From a virus (taxonomy: Duplodnaviria; Caudoviricetes), in the IMG/VR virus record IMGVR_UViG_3300029288_000086, positions 64,001-128,000 of that record: 64,000 nt of DNA. One strand, given 5' to 3'. A program made the translations under genes and the position numbers. Shown here one piece after another: positions 1 to 9,905 of the stretch. Under the pieces are notes generated by a model. It did no database searches and was not told the origin of the DNA. It was given only the letters and a program-made list of their open reading frames with translations. Within the stretch, counting starts at the first letter, position 1. Each line of letters opens with the position of its first letter.

Positions 1-633
1 ATTGAAGAATTGGAAAAAATTCTAGAATTTATTTATAATATAGCCTTAGATGAATCTGAAAAAAGAGGGAAAGAATTTGGTATTCCCTTTGAATGCTCTA
101 AGTTGTCTTCTCCTCGCAGGAATATCACTATTTTAACAATAGCTCCGACAGGAACAATAAGTTTAATAGCAGGATGCTCAAGTGGAATAGAGCCGATATT
201 TTCCGAAATCACAATTAGAAACGACAAAACTGGAAGTTACACATTTGAAAACGATTTGGCAGGTAAAGAATATTTTCGATGTGCAGTTTCTTCAAACGGA
301 GGAACGGAAGTAACTTGGGAAGAACATATTCAAACTTTAGCAGCAGCTCAAAGACATGTTGATTCTGGAGTTAGCAAAACTGTGAATTTCCCTAAAATGA
401 CTCATAGAGATACTATGGCAAAAGCAGGGATGTTAGCCTGGGAGTTAGGTTGTAAAGGAGTAGCAGAATATCGAAATGAATCTAGAAAAGTACAGGTACT
501 TACACCCAAGGCATTGAAAAAAGACAGATGCCCTGTTTGCAATAATGAACTCGTAGAAATAAATGGGAAAAAGAAATGCCTTGGGTGTAAATCTGAAATC
601 GAACAAACTACATCACCATCTTATGATTTATAA
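1..633 (+). CDS. nrdJ: Ribonucleotide reductase large subunit, probably class II (B12-dependent); 5'-truncated by window
   Basis: TIAPTGTISLIAGCSSGIEP, VDSGVSKTVN, GCKG..YR..SR..QVL and C-terminal CPxC..CxxC; frame open from base 1. Confidence 0.8.
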   Translation: MEELEKILEFIYNIALDESEKRGKEFGIPFECSKLSSPRRNITILTIAPTGTISLIAGCSSGIEPIFSEITIRNDKTGSYTFENDLAGKEYFRCAVSSNGGTEVTWEEHIQTLAAAQRHVDSGVSKTVNFPKMTHRDTMAKAGMLAWELGCKGVAEYRNESRKVQVLTPKALKKDRCPVCNNELVEINGKKKCLGCKSEIEQTTSPSYDL

Positions 634-644
634 AAGGAGAAAAT

Positions 645-998
645 ATGCAATTAAAAGAATATTGCGAAAAAGCGAACAGAACAAATGCTAATCTTGAAAC
701 ATGGCAGCTAAATGATTTACATATGATTTTAGGCATGATGACAGAAATTGGAGAGTTGGCAGACACATTCAAAAAAGAATTAGCATATAATAAGAATTTA
801 GATTGGGTAAATATAAAAGAAGAACTTGGTGACATTATGTGGTATTGGGGCAATTTATGCTATACTAATGGTTTAAATCCAGAAGAGATTTTAGATATTA
901 ATATCGCCAAACTTCAATCACGCTATCCTAATAAATTTACAACATATCATGCGAAAAACAGAAACTTAGAAAAAGAACGCACAATCTTAGAATCCTAA
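645..998 (+). CDS. MazG-like NTP pyrophosphohydrolase
   Basis: LGMMTEIGELAD..KK and EELGDIMWY, NIAKLQSRYP motifs; SD AAGGAG. Confidence 0.85.
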   Translation: MQLKEYCEKANRTNANLETWQLNDLHMILGMMTEIGELADTFKKELAYNKNLDWVNIKEELGDIMWYWGNLCYTNGLNPEEILDINIAKLQSRYPNKFTTYHAKNRNLEKERTILES

Positions 999-1009
999 AA
1001 CAATAAAAA

Positions 1010-1038
1010 ATAAAGGTGGCTTAAATAGCCACCTTTAT
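1010..1038. terminator. Bidirectional intrinsic terminator between convergent blocks
   Basis: ATAAAGGTGGCT-taaat-AGCCACCTTTAT perfect hairpin. Confidence 0.8.
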
Positions 1039-1045
1039 CAATATA

Positions 1046-2530
1046 TTAATGCAATTCAGGATGTGCATCCCATAATTTTTGTAGTTTTTCAGCATCAGAA
1101 AAATTTACCGTGGCATCAGGAATTTCAACAATTTCAACTTTTTTAGAATATTGAGGATTTAAACTAACCCACTCACTTTCTGTTTGACTAATTCTAGCAA
1201 AAGGATAAGGTTCTCCTGTTGTAAGTTTTTCTTCATAAACAGGAAAAATATCTATTCCAGAATTTCTAATTGCTTGGAAAGATTTAGCAGGGCCTCTGCG
1301 CACCGTCAAATTAGGAATAAGAACACTTAATTTATATAACATTTTTTCCTCTGTTTTTTTACTAACTAATAAGGGAAGAATATCTATGGCATTATAGACA
1401 TATCCACCAGGAACTTGAGGTGCACCAGAGTTGAGACGATACTCGGCATGAAGATGAGCACCTGTAGAATATCCAGAATACGGATCGTCTGTTGCTCCAC
1501 CCGTTAACCCTATCAGTTCACCGCCCTTAACCGTTTCACCAACTTGAACCAATCTTTTACTCAAATGCCCATAAATAGATAGTCCTTCAAGGTGGCGTAT
1601 TCTTATTTGCCGCCCGTATCCCGATTTTTCTTTCCGATCTTCAGAAATTTCAACAACGCCATCTTGCATTGCATAAACATTAGATCCTACTGGAGTTGCC
1701 CAATCTATGCCATTATGTCCTTTACTAGTAGGATACCATTGGGGATTTAACCCAAATTTTTGTGAAATCACAAATTTTGCTTCATCCACGGGATAAAATA
1801 ATTTCATGCCATCTCCTTCTATTTTATAAATTTGCTTTATTCTATCGGAAATTATTAAATTAAGATCAACGACAGTTTTTTCACCATTACTGTTACAAAT
1901 ACCAGGAAGCGTATATTTGTCTCCTATCCATTGCCAAATATCGGGTATTATTTTTTTATCTTCAGGCCAACTTGAAGGCCACGCAATTTGCACAGTTTTT
2001 GGTATAGGCAATGTTTCCCACGTATAATCTTTTTTGCCAACGGAAATATAACTAGCGATCCAAGAAGGATATTCAAATATCCAATCCAACATTGGTTTTG
2101 CTCTATCCCATATAAAATACGGATTCCAATAAAGTCCAATAGGAATACTTGTTTTTAAAAATAATGAATCAATCAATAGTCTAACTCCAGAAGATATTTC
2201 TGAAGGAGAATAATGAGGTTCTTCATTTTTATAATTACATCCATATTGCTCTATATCTATCCATATTATTTCTATATATTTACAAGTATCTAACATTTTA
2301 ATAATAGTTGATACTTGATCTTGTATAGAAACAGATGGCGAATACCAATGATATAATCCTATCTTTATGCCATTATTATTTGCTATTTTAATTTGATTTA
2401 CAATATCATATTGAAGTGTATCAAATGTTCCCTCAGAACCTTTTAAATTAACAACGCGGACATGACTAGATATTAATGACCAATCTATTTTTGCTTGATA
2501 TCTAAGATGACCGTCTAAGCATAATATCAT
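1046..2530 (-). CDS. Endolysin: N-terminal GH25 muramidase-like domain, M23 peptidase, C-terminal SH3-like region
   Basis: DGHLRYQ..IDW, KGSEG, GLYHW, WIDIE, WQW (GH25); HNGID, YGHL, STGAHLH (M23); start refined to ATG 2530 behind SD AGGAGGTG. Confidence 0.85.
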   Translation of the reverse strand: MILCLDGHLRYQAKIDWSLISSHVRVVNLKGSEGTFDTLQYDIVNQIKIANNNGIKIGLYHWYSPSVSIQDQVSTIIKMLDTCKYIEIIWIDIEQYGCNYKNEEPHYSPSEISSGVRLLIDSLFLKTSIPIGLYWNPYFIWDRAKPMLDWIFEYPSWIASYISVGKKDYTWETLPIPKTVQIAWPSSWPEDKKIIPDIWQWIGDKYTLPGICNSNGEKTVVDLNLIISDRIKQIYKIEGDGMKLFYPVDEAKFVISQKFGLNPQWYPTSKGHNGIDWATPVGSNVYAMQDGVVEISEDRKEKSGYGRQIRIRHLEGLSIYGHLSKRLVQVGETVKGGELIGLTGGATDDPYSGYSTGAHLHAEYRLNSGAPQVPGGYVYNAIDILPLLVSKKTEEKMLYKLSVLIPNLTVRRGPAKSFQAIRNSGIDIFPVYEEKLTTGEPYPFARISQTESEWVSLNPQYSKKVEIVEIPDATVNFSDAEKLQKLWDAHPELH

Positions 2531-2631
2531 TTCTATACACCTCCTTAAAAACAATAGTAAAATAAGGTTTACTATTAGAAAGTTAACAATCTAATAATAA
2601 CCAAAACAAATTATATTCATTAGTTATAATT

Positions 2632-2664
2632 AAGAGGGCTATAATTTTAAATTATAGCCCTTTT
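2632..2664. terminator. Intrinsic terminator-like hairpin
   Basis: AGGGCTATAAT / ATTATAGCCCT inverted repeat flanked by A/T runs. Confidence 0.6.
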
Positions 2665-2705
2665 AGACTATAAACCACACCACGAAATGTTGATTTCATG
2701 TAGTA

Positions 2706-3356
2706 TTAAAAAATCCATGTTGGAATTAAAATTTCACCGACATCACCACTAGCTTCAATAATTGGTATGGCATTATGTAATTGCACATTAGTTAGTCCTG
2801 TCCAGGTTGAACTTTCTGAAGTCGATATAGCAACTTTGTAACTTGTATTTCCATTACCATAATTTGCAGAAGTATATAAATAATCTTTTCTAATATCAGT
2901 CCACGTAGCATCTTTTGTGCCAGTTACCAAGTCCTGATTGCCTGTTAATAAATCAACAATCAAGTCGCCTATATTACAAGCTATTCCTGTTAACGCAAGC
3001 GCATTTCCTGTTTTTAATGTGCCAAACGGAACGCTTTGATTAACGCCATTAAAGCATCCAATCATAAACCAAGCTCTTGCCGTATTTGCAGAAATTATTT
3101 GAGCAGTTGCCTCTCCATCTGAAGGATTTATCCAATAAAACATAAAAGACCGATAATACGTATTTGTCGAAGTATTGAAAATTATTCCTGTTGGTGCATT
3201 TCCCCCAAGTGTCGCCGTTAAACTACCAGGATCTCCAGTATTTCCAGTTACAAGTCCCGCCATAAGAGATAGCTTATTTTCTCCAGAAATAGTTATATTG
3301 CAAGAGATTGGCGGTTGCCCCTTTACATGATTAGAAGCTACCAAAGATACACTCAT
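2706..3356 (-). CDS. Minor virion/tail-associated protein
   Basis: G/T/N-rich beta-type sequence at end of tail module. Confidence 0.45.
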   Translation of the reverse strand: MSVSLVASNHVKGQPPISCNITISGENKLSLMAGLVTGNTGDPGSLTATLGGNAPTGIIFNTSTNTYYRSFMFYWINPSDGEATAQIISANTARAWFMIGCFNGVNQSVPFGTLKTGNALALTGIACNIGDLIVDLLTGNQDLVTGTKDATWTDIRKDYLYTSANYGNGNTSYKVAISTSESSTWTGLTNVQLHNAIPIIEASGDVGEILIPTWIF

Positions 3357-3417
3357 AAGATCACCTTGCCTGAAAATATTATAAAAACCCTGTCCTGTAT
3401 AAAGTTATATTGTTTTA

Positions 3418-4347
3418 TCATGGCATATTCCTAAAAGTAGGAGAGACCTGAGCATATTTTACGCCAGTACCACTTGCACTAGTAATTGCCCACACTTTAT
3501 CGCCAGTATATACAGTATTAGCGGCGCTAATAACTACAGGGGAAGCAGAAGTCGAAGAATCAAATTCTGATTCATCAATTGTTATTAGATTGGTGAGCAT
3601 ACCAACTTGACTCATTGACGAGGCACTACTTCTCAGTATGTTAAAACTAGGTGATCCAGAAGTTGAACTTCCACTTCCGTTAGGAGCACCGCAAGAAGCA
3701 GTAGCGTCTATAAGCTTCCACCCGTTCATGTACTGAGGTATACGAATACACCGTGTTTCACCCCCTGCAAGAGCAGTACCTTCATTCAAAGGGATCAAAG
3801 CAGTTTTAACCCCATAATTTGACTGAGACAGCGCACTTGCGGAAATAACAGCAGTAGCAGAAGAACCAGAAGAAGCTTGATTCGCGTCTGCATATGCCAA
3901 ATCTATTGAAATAGAAGAAGCCCCCGTATCAATAGTAATATTTGTGCCATTGCCCGACAATAAAACTTTTTCATCAGATAATCCAGAATTTAATTCAAGG
4001 ACAACATAGCAAGCACTTATTGGCGCGCCAGAAGCAGAAATAGCACCAATTGTTACAATAGATGCTGAAGAATTAGTAATTGATATTCCTTCTCCAGCCG
4101 TTAATATTCTACCGTTAGGGACAAAAGAAGATGAATCTAAAAGAACTTGACAAGCACTAGATATATTAGTTAAAGATCCGCTGATATCTGTTAAAGAAGA
4201 ACTAGTATTCCCGGCAAAAGCATCTATCTTTGTCATATTAGATATTGCCGAAGAAGACATATCAGTTAAATAACTATTAACAAGAGACGATCCATCTGTT
4301 ATTGTGTCATAAGTTATTAAACTTAAATTTGTTGTTGAGGTTGTCAT
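3418..4347 (-). CDS. Ser-rich tail fibre/minor tail protein, paralogue of 4371-4949
   Basis: N-terminus MTTSTTNLSLITYDTITDGSSL..SN...ID.FA..TS.SLTDISGSL aligns with neighbouring ORF; about 10 S-[AG]-S motifs. Confidence 0.55.
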   Translation of the reverse strand: MTTSTTNLSLITYDTITDGSSLVNSYLTDMSSSAISNMTKIDAFAGNTSSSLTDISGSLTNISSACQVLLDSSSFVPNGRILTAGEGISITNSSASIVTIGAISASGAPISACYVVLELNSGLSDEKVLLSGNGTNITIDTGASSISIDLAYADANQASSGSSATAVISASALSQSNYGVKTALIPLNEGTALAGGETRCIRIPQYMNGWKLIDATASCGAPNGSGSSTSGSPSFNILRSSASSMSQVGMLTNLITIDESEFDSSTSASPVVISAANTVYTGDKVWAITSASGTGVKYAQVSPTFRNMP

Positions 4348-4370
4348 TTTTTATTATTATCCTATTCCGA

Positions 4371-4949
4371 TTAAGCAAACTCTAAAACAGCTTGCAATCC
4401 TTTTGGCGACCCTGAAGAAATATCACTAGCATATATTTTTATCTTATCATCTGTCGAAATATCATCATACAAAGTATTGATAACCCCAGGAGTCCCAACT
4501 GTGCACCCAGAAGCAATTATAATTGGAGTGGATAACGCATCATTACTTGAATATTTTGTCATATTTCTAACTTGCACTGTCATTGATGCACTGGTACCAC
4601 TCGCTGAAGCCGTGTTTACAAACCCTTGAGCCCTCACAAGATTCATGCTGTCTATTTCAGACGGAGCATATAAATAAAATATACTATTTGAATCCACAAC
4701 AGTATCTTGCGAGATTATTTGAATAACCGCCGATTTATTAACATAAACCTTTGTTTCAACAGCAGCAAGAGACGCACTAATATCGGTTATAGAGGCACTA
4801 GTTTGTATAGCATAATTATCTATAATACCCGCATTTGAAGTTGTTGAACATCCTGTTGTAACATCCACAAAAGAATATATCAAAACAGAAGATGCGTCTG
4901 TCAACGTACTATAAGTTGTCAAACCTAAAAATTCGGTTGTTCCTGTCAC
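4371..4949 (-). CDS. Minor tail protein, paralogue of 3418-4347
   Basis: Shared N-terminal segment and C-terminal TP.VI....T.DK motif; GTG start with SD AAGGAG. Confidence 0.55.
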   Translation of the reverse strand: MTGTTEFLGLTTYSTLTDASSVLIYSFVDVTTGCSTTSNAGIIDNYAIQTSASITDISASLAAVETKVYVNKSAVIQIISQDTVVDSNSIFYLYAPSEIDSMNLVRAQGFVNTASASGTSASMTVQVRNMTKYSSNDALSTPIIIASGCTVGTPGVINTLYDDISTDDKIKIYASDISSGSPKGLQAVLEFA

Positions 4950-4983
4950 ATTATAGCTCCTTTATAAAAACTTTAAAATAATA

Positions 4984-5349
4984 TTATTGTCCATTAGCAG
5001 GAAGAATATTTATATATCCTTGCCCTAAACGAAAATCATATCCTGTATTTCCTGATATAATAGGTTGTTGTACATATTTCCCCGATAAAGATAAAGTATC
5101 TGTACTATATAAATATACGGTAAACCTATTATTAAGAGCATAATCCGTACGAAATATGCCTGCCTTTGTAATTGAAGTAACATCGGGCTGCCCAAAAGGA
5201 GACAAAACCCAACTAAGAGAAAAACTACTTATATCTACAGGTTGAGAAGAACTATCAAAAACATCAAACGTTAATTCCCAATATGTTCCAGCAATAAAAG
5301 TAGTTTCTACTAAAGAAATTGTTGAAATACTAGAAAAAGTACTAGTCAT
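4984..5349 (-). CDS. BppU-like baseplate/adaptor protein, paralogue of 5729-6100
   Basis: IAGTY.EL.F...D, LSW.L.P..Q, F..YL.STDT..LSGK..Q.P shared with 5729-6100. Confidence 0.55.
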   Translation of the reverse strand: MTSTFSSISTISLVETTFIAGTYWELTFDVFDSSSQPVDISSFSLSWVLSPFGQPDVTSITKAGIFRTDYALNNRFTVYLYSTDTLSLSGKYVQQPIISGNTGYDFRLGQGYINILPANGQ

Positions 5350-5361
5350 ATATTAACTCCT

Positions 5362-5736
5362 CTAAACTGGTCTTTCTATAAAATCTGTAATTGTTAAAAT
5401 AGATATATTAGAAATTGTAGACGCTGAATAATCGGATATAATTGTGCCACTACGATAATCATAAACTACAATACTATAACTCAAATCACGTCCTGTACCC
5501 AAGTAGTCATTGTCTGGCATATATAAATTATAAATAGGAGATCCGCTACTATAATAATCTTTTATTCCAACATCATTCAAATAAGAACCAGATGTATCAG
5601 CAATGAGAGACCCAGAAAAAAGAGACAGATAATTTCCTGTTTGATACGCATTTATTGTTAGATTAATTGGATTAACGTCGTTGCTTATATATTCCATTTT
5701 TGGAAAATATAAATTAAAAGACACACAATCAGCCAT
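5362..5736 (-). CDS. Hypothetical virion protein
   Basis: Coupled in tail operon; S-[AG]-S rich. Confidence 0.5.
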   Translation of the reverse strand: MADCVSFNLYFPKMEYISNDVNPINLTINAYQTGNYLSLFSGSLIADTSGSYLNDVGIKDYYSSGSPIYNLYMPDNDYLGTGRDLSYSIVVYDYRSGTIISDYSASTISNISILTITDFIERPV

Positions 5737-6100
5737 AATAACTCATTCCTATTCTTGGGATAATGTCTATAAGACCCCTCCCCAAAGGATAAACATACAT
5801 CCCTAATCCGCTATCTAACAAAGGACTTTGAATAAATTTTCCAGATAAATTTTCCGTATCTGTGCTCAACAAATATATGACAAAACGATCATCTACAAAA
5901 ACCCCTTGCTTTGTAAACAAAATATAATCAGATTGTTCATAAGGCGCTAATGACCAAGAGAGCGTTGCTCCTGTCGAAGGGATCAAAATATCATCATTCT
6001 CATCATATATATAAAAATTTAATTCTCTATATGTGCCTGCTATAATTGTAAGAGACGACAAAGAATTAACAGTAATATTTTGGAAAGTCTTTATTGCCAT
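5729..6100 (-). CDS. BppU-like baseplate/adaptor protein, paralogue of 4984-5349
   Basis: Visible alignment to 4984-5349; follows Tal. Confidence 0.55.
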   Translation of the reverse strand: MAIKTFQNITVNSLSSLTIIAGTYRELNFYIYDENDDILIPSTGATLSWSLAPYEQSDYILFTKQGVFVDDRFVIYLLSTDTENLSGKFIQSPLLDSGLGMYVYPLGRGLIDIIPRIGMSYYG

Positions 6101-6114
6101 TACTATCGCCTCCT

Positions 6115-8238
6115 TTAATCAATAAAATATTGTCCTGATAAATAAATCTTTGTAGCACTTGCACTCAGCATCGAGGATGTTATTGGTAACAATATTTTCC
6201 CCGATCCTTGTTGTTGCAACATAATTTGACTAGCGCCACTTGGCAATAAACCAACCACATCTGTATACCCCGCACTCAATGTAATACCCTCATAACAAGG
6301 ATAAAAAGATGCAGTAACGCTTGCACTAGTTCTATGTATAGCGGAGGGGATAGATAGATATAATTGGTTAGTGCTTGACCCAGATAAACTATTTAAAGAC
6401 AAACTTTCCTCAAAAAACACATTTCTCCCAATAATATTGTAGTTTCCAACATTATAAGAATACCCAAATGTTGCTCCCGAACAATTTAATGCCGAGGCAA
6501 AAGCAGAAGGAGCAACATACATTGCCCCACCATCTTTGATAGTTGTTCCTGTTATCCCATTAAAAAGGCATATATTGCTTGCACTGGAAGTTGTCGCAGA
6601 AGAAACATAAGATAATCCAGAAGAAAGAGAAGAATTATATGAGTCACTAACACTATTCCATTTCTGAGAATTAAAATTCGTTGTAACTCCAGAGTCAATG
6701 GCTGATCCATAAATATCTAAAAACATATAACTTGGGTCATCTAATCTTAATCGATTGCTTAAAACCATTTTAAAATCTAATGGGTCGTCATAACTAAAAT
6801 CAATTCCAAGTAAAGCAGGATAAACATAAGTTCCCGATTTTAGTTCTATCGTCATAACACAGCCCATTTCTAACTGATCAATAAACGGTTGATATTCTTT
6901 TATAAATAAAAAATTAGCAGAGTTTATATCAAAAGTGTATCTTGGCTGTGATACTTTTTCTAAGATATTCACCCCCTCATCGTATAAGTCTTGAGCAGCA
7001 TCTTGAACTTGTACCTCGGTCATTGTTGTAGTGCTTATAAAGTTTACATTAGTATAGGTATTCCCTATAATAAAGTTATTTAAATTAGACAGTTGAGTAC
7101 TTGTAAAATTAACAGGATTTGTAAACGACAAGTCAGAATTAATATAAGTTAATTGAGATTGAATTCCTGTTATTATACCTTCCTCCACAACAATGCTTGC
7201 ACTTGTATCTGTAATACTTTGATTAACAACCACCATACTCGCACTTACTTCTGTAGTCGGTAGCCCTTGTTGTGTCATCACATCTTTTAATGATTGTAAT
7301 GATGCCAACTCTCCTTGCAGAGTTACCAAATCAGATTCCAGTCCTATTAGAGCGGTATTTTCAACTCTTAAACTTGTCAGGAGGTTCGCATAAATAGGTT
7401 GCCATGTTGTTATTTTCCCTTCCCACAAATCTAAAGCATCAATTAAATCTTGAGCCATCCATCTAGTGGTTTTATAATAGTCAAAATTATAAATAGTATT
7501 TGTCCCAATCGGATTAACAAGATTGATCTCTAGTCCTTCTCCTCCAATGACATTCATAGCAGTAACAAGTTCATTTGTTGATTCTGTTATTGTAAAGCTT
7601 TTCATTAGATTGTCAAAAGAAATAAAAATATCACTTGTAGTAGTGGCATTAGGAAGCGAATAAGCAGAAACAGTTTTATTGATGCTATCGAAAACAAATA
7701 CGCATTGAAATGTCTGACTAACTTCATTTACCATAAAATCATAAAGCGTTTTATCTGTTACATCAAAACTTCTATACACTCCCAATAAAGCAGGGTCAAT
7801 AGTCCCCAGTCCCCATCCTGGGACATATGATAAAAGCTCGTGCAACAAAGTTCCCTGCGGATTATAAATATCATAAAAGTTATAAGTTCCTTGAAAAAGA
7901 CTAAGTTTTTTATAATTAAATATAACTTCAAGCGACTTGCAAACAATAGATTTTGTTTCTTTTATCCCCTCTCCTTCAGTAGAAATATCAGTAATCATAA
8001 AAACACCAATATTTTCAACATTTACAAGTCTTCTATATTCTAAAAAATTATAATAATCTATATCTACCCCATTGATTTGCGCAGGAGCAGTGAAACTAAA
8101 AGTAGACAAACTGTTGAAACGAAGTTCAAATTTCCTATCTTTTATAGTCCCTAGGTTATATAGAGCTGTTCCATCAGGATTTGATAAGTAAAAGTTAGGA
8201 ATACTTATCTGATTAAAATAGTCAAAAACAATATTCAT
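6115..8238 (-). CDS. Tal/baseplate hub (prophage endopeptidase tail-type) with coiled coil and C-terminal fibre-like domain
   Basis: Follows Dit; L.FN..S.FSF, F.C.FVFD..NK, NPIGTNTIYNFDYY, SQPRYTF pattern. Confidence 0.7.
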   Translation of the reverse strand: MNIVFDYFNQISIPNFYLSNPDGTALYNLGTIKDRKFELRFNSLSTFSFTAPAQINGVDIDYYNFLEYRRLVNVENIGVFMITDISTEGEGIKETKSIVCKSLEVIFNYKKLSLFQGTYNFYDIYNPQGTLLHELLSYVPGWGLGTIDPALLGVYRSFDVTDKTLYDFMVNEVSQTFQCVFVFDSINKTVSAYSLPNATTTSDIFISFDNLMKSFTITESTNELVTAMNVIGGEGLEINLVNPIGTNTIYNFDYYKTTRWMAQDLIDALDLWEGKITTWQPIYANLLTSLRVENTALIGLESDLVTLQGELASLQSLKDVMTQQGLPTTEVSASMVVVNQSITDTSASIVVEEGIITGIQSQLTYINSDLSFTNPVNFTSTQLSNLNNFIIGNTYTNVNFISTTTMTEVQVQDAAQDLYDEGVNILEKVSQPRYTFDINSANFLFIKEYQPFIDQLEMGCVMTIELKSGTYVYPALLGIDFSYDDPLDFKMVLSNRLRLDDPSYMFLDIYGSAIDSGVTTNFNSQKWNSVSDSYNSSLSSGLSYVSSATTSSASNICLFNGITGTTIKDGGAMYVAPSAFASALNCSGATFGYSYNVGNYNIIGRNVFFEESLSLNSLSGSSTNQLYLSIPSAIHRTSASVTASFYPCYEGITLSAGYTDVVGLLPSGASQIMLQQQGSGKILLPITSSMLSASATKIYLSGQYFID

Positions 8239-9047
8239 TACGCACCAACTCCTTTAGGGAAAATAGCGCTTAGAGTAAAATTAGTAATACTTCCAGAAAC
8301 AGTAACATTATTTACTCCCTTAACTGTTTGGAAAAAGTTTTTATTAAATCTATTCATAAGCAAAGATCCAGAAGTACAACTAATTATCCCTTTATCGTTA
8401 TCTACAGTCACAGTTTCATTAGGGGCAATATCCGAAAAACTACAAGTTCTTCCAACCACACTTCCGCTAATATCGCTGTTGTTAGTAATCGAAAAATTGC
8501 CACCTAAAGAACCCGTAGTAAATGTAATTACCGGCCTATTATAACCATCATATGCGCTATAATTAATATAGTCAAAAGTTTCATTTGCCGATCCGCTAGT
8601 ATAACTCTTTGTTAAAAGTGGTGGATAGGAAATTCCCCACGGTCTATCACATTTGGCATGTAAAGATAGAGCATAATTTAAATTACCAATGTACTGATGA
8701 GACGATGCTGTTATAATAACATTATAAACAATATCAGAAATATCGTTTTGAACAATCCTTAAGGGCAAATATGTACTTCTACCTAGTAACCATCTTTCAA
8801 TGGCGTTTCTTGTAATTCCGTCTATATATGAGAAACTTCCAACAACAAAATCAAACTCCAAAGAATTCGAATAATATCTTCCATAAAAATAAGGAACTTC
8901 TCTGCGATATATCCATTCTTCTTGAATATTAACATTTCCCCCAGCGGGACTATTTTCAGGATTTGACTTATTAAAATCAAATATCCTTAAATCATAAATT
9001 TCGCTAGAAATGCCATCAAATATAAAGCTATTACCATAAAACCCCAT
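8238..9047 (-). CDS. Distal tail protein (Dit)
   Basis: F.FDGISS..Y.L, I.RWL, C.RPW, E.V.VDN....I, FNKNF.....G.N; position after TMP. Confidence 0.75.
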   Translation of the reverse strand: MGFYGNSFIFDGISSEIYDLRIFDFNKSNPENSPAGGNVNIQEEWIYRREVPYFYGRYYSNSLEFDFVVGSFSYIDGITRNAIERWLLGRSTYLPLRIVQNDISDIVYNVIITASSHQYIGNLNYALSLHAKCDRPWGISYPPLLTKSYTSGSANETFDYINYSAYDGYNRPVITFTTGSLGGNFSITNNSDISGSVVGRTCSFSDIAPNETVTVDNDKGIISCTSGSLLMNRFNKNFFQTVKGVNNVTVSGSITNFTLSAIFPKGVGA

Positions 9048-9064
9048 AATGCCTCCTTTCAGAT

Positions 9065-9484
9065 TTATAATTTCATAATAAAAAATAACATTTCATAAGG
9101 AGGAAGTCCGCTTGAACTATTTGATGTTCCAACCGTATGACTATGTGTTCCTTGACTATCTGTAGTTCCACTAAAACTATGGGAGTGATCTGGACTCACA
9201 CTTGATGCTCCCGATGTTGAAGCCAATGCGCTTGTTCCAGAAGAAGCATTAGTTGTGCCACTAACTGTGTGCGTATGTTCACCCGATGAATCTAAATTAA
9301 TTGAAGTATGAGTATGAGTCAATGCGCCACCCGTTGTTTCAACAGCGGCGTCATCTAATGCACCAAAAACAAAAAATTCTCGAAGATCAGGCGTGTCATT
9401 TGTGCCATTACACAACCCCCATCCTGATGGAATATTTTCAATAATATCATTCCAGCCCGTAATAATTCCTTTAGGCACTGCCAT
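9065..9484 (-). CDS. Tail-collar domain protein with 4 HxH motifs (paralogue 3)
   Basis: PKGII..W....IPSGW.LCNGTN.TPDLR..FV.G; HTH/HTH/HSH/HSH; LPPY..L.FIMKL. Confidence 0.8.
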   Translation of the reverse strand: MAVPKGIITGWNDIIENIPSGWGLCNGTNDTPDLREFFVFGALDDAAVETTGGALTHTHTSINLDSSGEHTHTVSGTTNASSGTSALASTSGASSVSPDHSHSFSGTTDSQGTHSHTVGTSNSSSGLPPYEMLFFIMKL

Positions 9485-9485
9485 T

Positions 9486-9905
9486 TTACACCATCCTCAT
9501 AATATAATATAATAAGATACAAGGTGGAAGAGCCGTGGCAGTAGCCAAAGTAGAAGTGTGTACATGGGCATATTCATATGCAAGATTTGTCTCGCCACTA
9601 TAACTATGAGAGTGACCCCCATACGCAAATTTTTCTGATGCTGATGCCCTGCTATTTCCTCCTGCCGAGCTTGTGCTTATACTAAAAGAATGGGAATGGG
9701 CTGTTCCGCCCACAGAAGAATCGGGGCATGTATGTCCATGCGTTGAAGCTCCTCCGCTCGTATTTAATTGGTCATTAGTAGATGCACCATATATAAACAT
9801 TCCCCTTAAATCAGGAGTGCCGTTTGTCCCGTCACACACTTGCCAATTTTCAGGCACTGAAACGTCTCCCCATGCCATAATTTGATTAAACAATATATCT
9901 GCCAT
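9486..9905 (-). CDS. Tail-collar domain protein with 4 HxH motifs (paralogue 2)
   Basis: VPENWQVCDGTNGTPDLRGMFIYG; LPPCILLYYIMR; start likely ATG 9905. Confidence 0.8.
   Translation of the reverse strand: MADILFNQIMAWGDVSVPENWQVCDGTNGTPDLRGMFIYGASTNDQLNTSGGASTHGHTCPDSSVGGTAHSHSFSISTSSAGGNSRASASEKFAYGGHSHSYSGETNLAYEYAHVHTSTLATATALPPCILLYYIMRMV

Noticed and set aside
2553-2576. AATAGTAAA-ataagg-TTTACTATT as another palindrome copy
   Set aside because: Same 6-nt spacing but the arms differ from the consensus; not counted.
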